DNA of 62,843 nucleotides, the filler included, from Perkinsus olseni (taxonomy: Eukaryota), in assembly GCA_013115125.1 (NCBI GenBank). It is 35 parts of 35 records of this genome, joined end to end, with 100 filler letters (N's around TTAATTAATTAA, not from the genome) between each part and the next. Parts side by side here need not be neighbours in the genome. Positions count along the whole stretch, not along the records: positions 59,444 to 61,094 come from JABANN010001796.1; positions 61,195 to 62,843 come from JABANN010001797.1; 33 more parts are not named here. The stretch is one strand, 5' to 3'. Below are positions 59,344 through 62,843 of the stretch, one piece after another. The notes beneath the pieces were generated by a model. The model was given only the letters and a program-made list of their open reading frames with translations. It was not told where the DNA came from and ran no database searches. Both the position numbers and the translations under genes were made by a program. The stretch's first letter is position 1; each line of letters starts with the position of its first letter.

Positions 59344-60535
59344 NNNNNNNNNNNNNNNNNNNNNNNNNNNNNNNNNNNNNNNNNNNNTTAATTAATTAAN
59401 NNNNNNNNNNNNNNNNNNNNNNNNNNNNNNNNNNNNNNNNNNNGTAAGCGTCGGCACTAGCGCCGCAGGCGAGCGCTTGCTTCGTCTCTGTATTTGCACC
59501 ACTCTACACTGCGCGGCCTTCGTGTAGTTCGTCAGTCAACTCAGAAAGTCCGCACAGCGAAGGTTGCGGTTGTGTGCAAGGTGCTTCACTCGCCGCCTAC
59601 ATTCTACAGTTTCAGCCTTCGACATGGCGAGGTTTCTATTTTACTGGTCTGCGTCTGGAGTTGGCTGGATCTGCTGTAATACGTCCACCCGTGGTGGTCT
59701 ACATGCACTGATACACCTAGCGCGATGAGAGTTTTAGCAGCGGCCATAACACTACGCCAGACAAAGCGGCACTCAACGGCGGTGGGTTGACACGGAGAAC
59801 ACGGGGGGTTGCAACACTCCTAGCCCCATGATCTTGATGTTAATTCGGTCGAGCTATTCTCGGTAGGCCTCGCATCCGGGAGGGATCAGTCTCGGTGAAC
59901 TCGTTATCGAGTGAGCGATTGGCCTTGAAAGTGAAGCCAATACTGGCGCAAGATCTCGTTACTATTCAAAACATTTTGCGAGGCTTCGAAGTGGGTTCCC
60001 GTCCCTCGGAGTCTGGGCGTCGTAGAAATCTACGCGAGTGCAACATTCCTGTGGTCCTGGCCGCGCGCCTCCAACTCGAATGCAGCCGATCGCCGCCATT
60101 CCACTCACTGAGTTTGTTGGGAACGCCACTATGGCTAGCAGCACACAAACTCAATATCGGAATAGGGTTGATGAGCAGTAAAACGACATTAGAGTGGGTG
60201 AAAGCGCCGCTGTGGCCGTTGGGTGAATGTTCTCTTCACACGAAGGAAGCCTCAGTCGGGGCGTTAACTACTTGCTCGTAAACTTTTTTCCTAAACTATA
60301 ACAGCGAACACAAAGAGTCGCCCATTCTCCAGAAACCAAATCAGAAACACTTCCAGAGGCCTTCACACCTGTAGAGGCTTGAAGGCCACGCCACAGTATT
60401 GGGCGCTGAAGTCGTTCGGGTCTTCGACAAAACCGTAAGAGAAGAGGGCCAGGGGGTCTTTGAACCCACTCCCGACAAGCGCAAATATCTGGCACGAAAG
60501 AATCGGCAGTCAAGGTCCAATAAAGTACACTCACC

Positions 60536-61094
60536 CCTTTGACTGGGCTCTTCAACACGAGGCCAGCCCAAGCAGCTTCATCGTCAGTAACTGACGAGCT
60601 CGCATGAAGAGGCAGTAGATGGCTTTGTGGCTTATGAACCCTGGGACTTACCGGTAGAGAAGCCTGCGTCTGCTAGAGCGGCTCTGAGCTCAGTGGGGGT
60701 GATGAACAGCCTCCAGTCGTGGGCATTAGGTGGCATTATCTGAAAGCAGGACAGGCAGGCTTCCTGATGGGCGGAGAGAAGCGGCATACGTTCAAGATCT
60801 CCTGCGTTATTAACCATACTGTTGTATAGCTCCATAAGGTTCGAGAAATGGTGTCGAAGACGAGGACACCGCCGGGCTTTAATACACGGTGGATTTCACT
60901 CAGAGCAGCTCGGAGGTCCAAAAGATGCTCGAGGACGTCCGAGATGATGACGCCATCAAAGGAGTTATCGGGGAACGGTATCTCGTATGCCGACCCAACT
61001 TGATAGTGTAGATTGGGAAGGTGACGTCCATGGTGACGTGCCTGTTGTAAGGATGCCTCACTAATATCAATACCGGTAATGTTATAGCCGTAGG
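60536..61094 (-). CDS. UbiG/COQ3-like SAM-dependent O-methyltransferase, internal exons
   Basis: ITGIDIS, FDGVIISDVLEH, VLKPGGVLVFDTISRT, then after an intron PPNAHDWRLFITPTEL. Confidence 0.85.
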
Positions 61095-61196
61095 NNNNNN
61101 NNNNNNNNNNNNNNNNNNNNNNNNNNNNNNNNNNNNNNTTAATTAATTAANNNNNNNNNNNNNNNNNNNNNNNNNNNNNNNNNNNNNNNNNNNNTC

Positions 61197-61577
61197 CTAA
61201 CTCAGTGGGGTAAATGCCTTGATCACGAGTGCCGTACTCTCGGTCCCGGTGTTCTCACTATTCAGCCCGGCGCCATGAACGATACCAACTTCAGTGTCGC
61301 TGCTGGATGCAAGGCGTCTCCTTTGTTTACACTCTTCGACATGCCCTCTGACAAGTGCACCGATGAGGTCGTTTGGAGGCTTCAGAATGATGATCCCCGT
61401 ATCGCTACTGGTGTCCACACCATCGGCTTCAAGAATCAGTTCTTGGTTGCCCTTGAGCCCTGGCTTAGTGATAGCTTTGCTGCCTGGGTTGGTAGGATGG
61501 AAATGCTTCAGCCCAACACTCCTTATCTCCGGAGTATGACTGCCGGGGAGAGCAAGTTGGCCATCAAATCCCAATAA
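61197..61577 (+). CDS. C-terminal fragment of a hypothetical protein
   Basis: Frame is open from the contig start to TAA at 61577; no recognised domain. Confidence 0.4.
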   Translation, partial: LTQWGKCLDHECRTLGPGVLTIQPGAMNDTNFSVAAGCKASPLFTLFDMPSDKCTDEVVWRLQNDDPRIATGVHTIGFKNQFLVALEPWLSDSFAAWVGRMEMLQPNTPYLRSMTAGESKLAIKSQ

Positions 61578-62843
61578 GGTCCTTGATAAAATGCTCTTAT
61601 CTAGTTAACCTGAATTTGACCTCTGCCTGAGCCTCATCTGAATCGAGCCGTGCATAGGCCGTCAGCTGATCTCAAGCGGAGCGTCTTGCCACGTGCAGTG
61701 GCTATGACTGGGATATTTCCCACGATTGATTTGTTTAATCACCTACTCTACATCTTTCTAAGCTGCTGCTTACGTGTTGGGTTCCAAGTTAAAACAGTCT
61801 CGCCTCATCACCCGCATAGTAGGTCAGCATATCGTATTTGTAGTCGGCGAGAGGTGGCGTCGTGGGGCCAGTTTCGTTGAAGCTGGCGCGGAGTCGTAGC
61901 ATCAGTGTTGTTGAAATCGTGGGAGTTGGGAAAAGTTTAAAAGCGAAAGTATGCAAGGAGTAACCGTCGGAACACATGAGGTTTCTCGTAGAGCACGATG
62001 AGTTCGAAACGGACCACTGCGATGGAATTAGCAGACTATTGAAGTCCCGGAAATTCGAAGTCTCAGCCGCGATAGCTCAATAGTTTTAAACAAGGCTGGC
62101 CTGTAGCGGGATCGATGACATATACGTGTGCAATTGTGACGACACTGAATATACGGAATCGAGGCACTTCAGTCTGAGAGTGAGCGACGCAGTAGACGGT
62201 GATTACAGTGGTGACGCTTCTTAGAGCAGGACTTGGCTCTGATAAGTACGTTGATGGGTATATTAGTTGGCGTGTTAATATGGCTTAGCGTGGAGGCTTA
62301 GCGTTGACATCCAAGGTCATGGCGTATTTGAACGAAGAAGTTACCGGTACAATCTCAAGAGTAATCGGGTTTCGAGGACGACTCTTTCTCCTGCCACGTG
62401 TCGATCGCCTGTATCGTGCAAATCTCAATCTGCCGAGAGCACACCCTGTATGTTTTGTTATGCGCGTGTCACGAAGTCCCATGCGTGACGGAAGTCTTGT
62501 TTGCATTACGTCTCCCCTCATGTTTCGCATCCAGGTAGCAGTTTGCCACACGTTCTAGCGTTGGGGAACCGCTAGGCGTATCTACTCTTTTGCGCTGATG
62601 TCACGCCGAGTATCTTACAGCTAGAAAGTTATCTGCGTAGACCCGCGGAGGCTCATCCCAAAGCTTCTCTTTCACATTCTAAAAACATGCTGAGTATCCG
62701 AGGAAGCATGGATAATTGACTACCACGTATCGACCAGTTAGTTTTTTTTGTTTTTGTTTGTATGGCAGAAAAGCAAAGTTTACCAGTGGTCCTCTCTATG
62801 GGTGCTTATCCATTCAACTTCTTTGAGTGGTTGAGTCTCATAG

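Overview
This window is not one locus. It is 35 unrelated short contigs (about 1740 bp falling to about 1650 bp, apparently sorted by length) joined by 100-nt N spacers that carry an artificial TTAATTAATTAA all-frame stop linker, so no synteny can be inferred across spacers. The DNA is eukaryotic: short GT-AG introns, microsatellites and a genomic copy of the Perkinsus/dinoflagellate-type spliced leader point to a Perkinsus-like alveolate. About a third of the contigs are LTR-retroelement fragments (gag, protease, RT/RNase H, integrase; Ty3/Gypsy and BEL/Pao-like). The rest hold DNA-transposon relics (MULE, foldback, long-TIR), tRNA-derived SINE-like heads, and pieces of host genes (proteasome beta-2/PSMB2, PTH2, tandem SLC52 riboflavin transporters, acid ceramidase/NAAA, UbiG/COQ3, Aha1-N, pepsin and GH18-like relics, secreted proteins). 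Most notable: (1) a retroelement family whose gag follows a perfect genomic spliced leader, lacks a CCHC knuckle, may end in an RRM-like domain, and links to pol through an A_AAA_AAC -1 frameshift with a downstream pseudoknot or stem-loop; (2) an intact, intronless CRESS-type Rep (HUH + SF3 helicase) gene with degenerate catalytic motifs; (3) a large excess of perfect palindromes with a single-base centre, clustered in decaying or non-coding DNA. All family calls come from motif recognition by eye, not from database searches.
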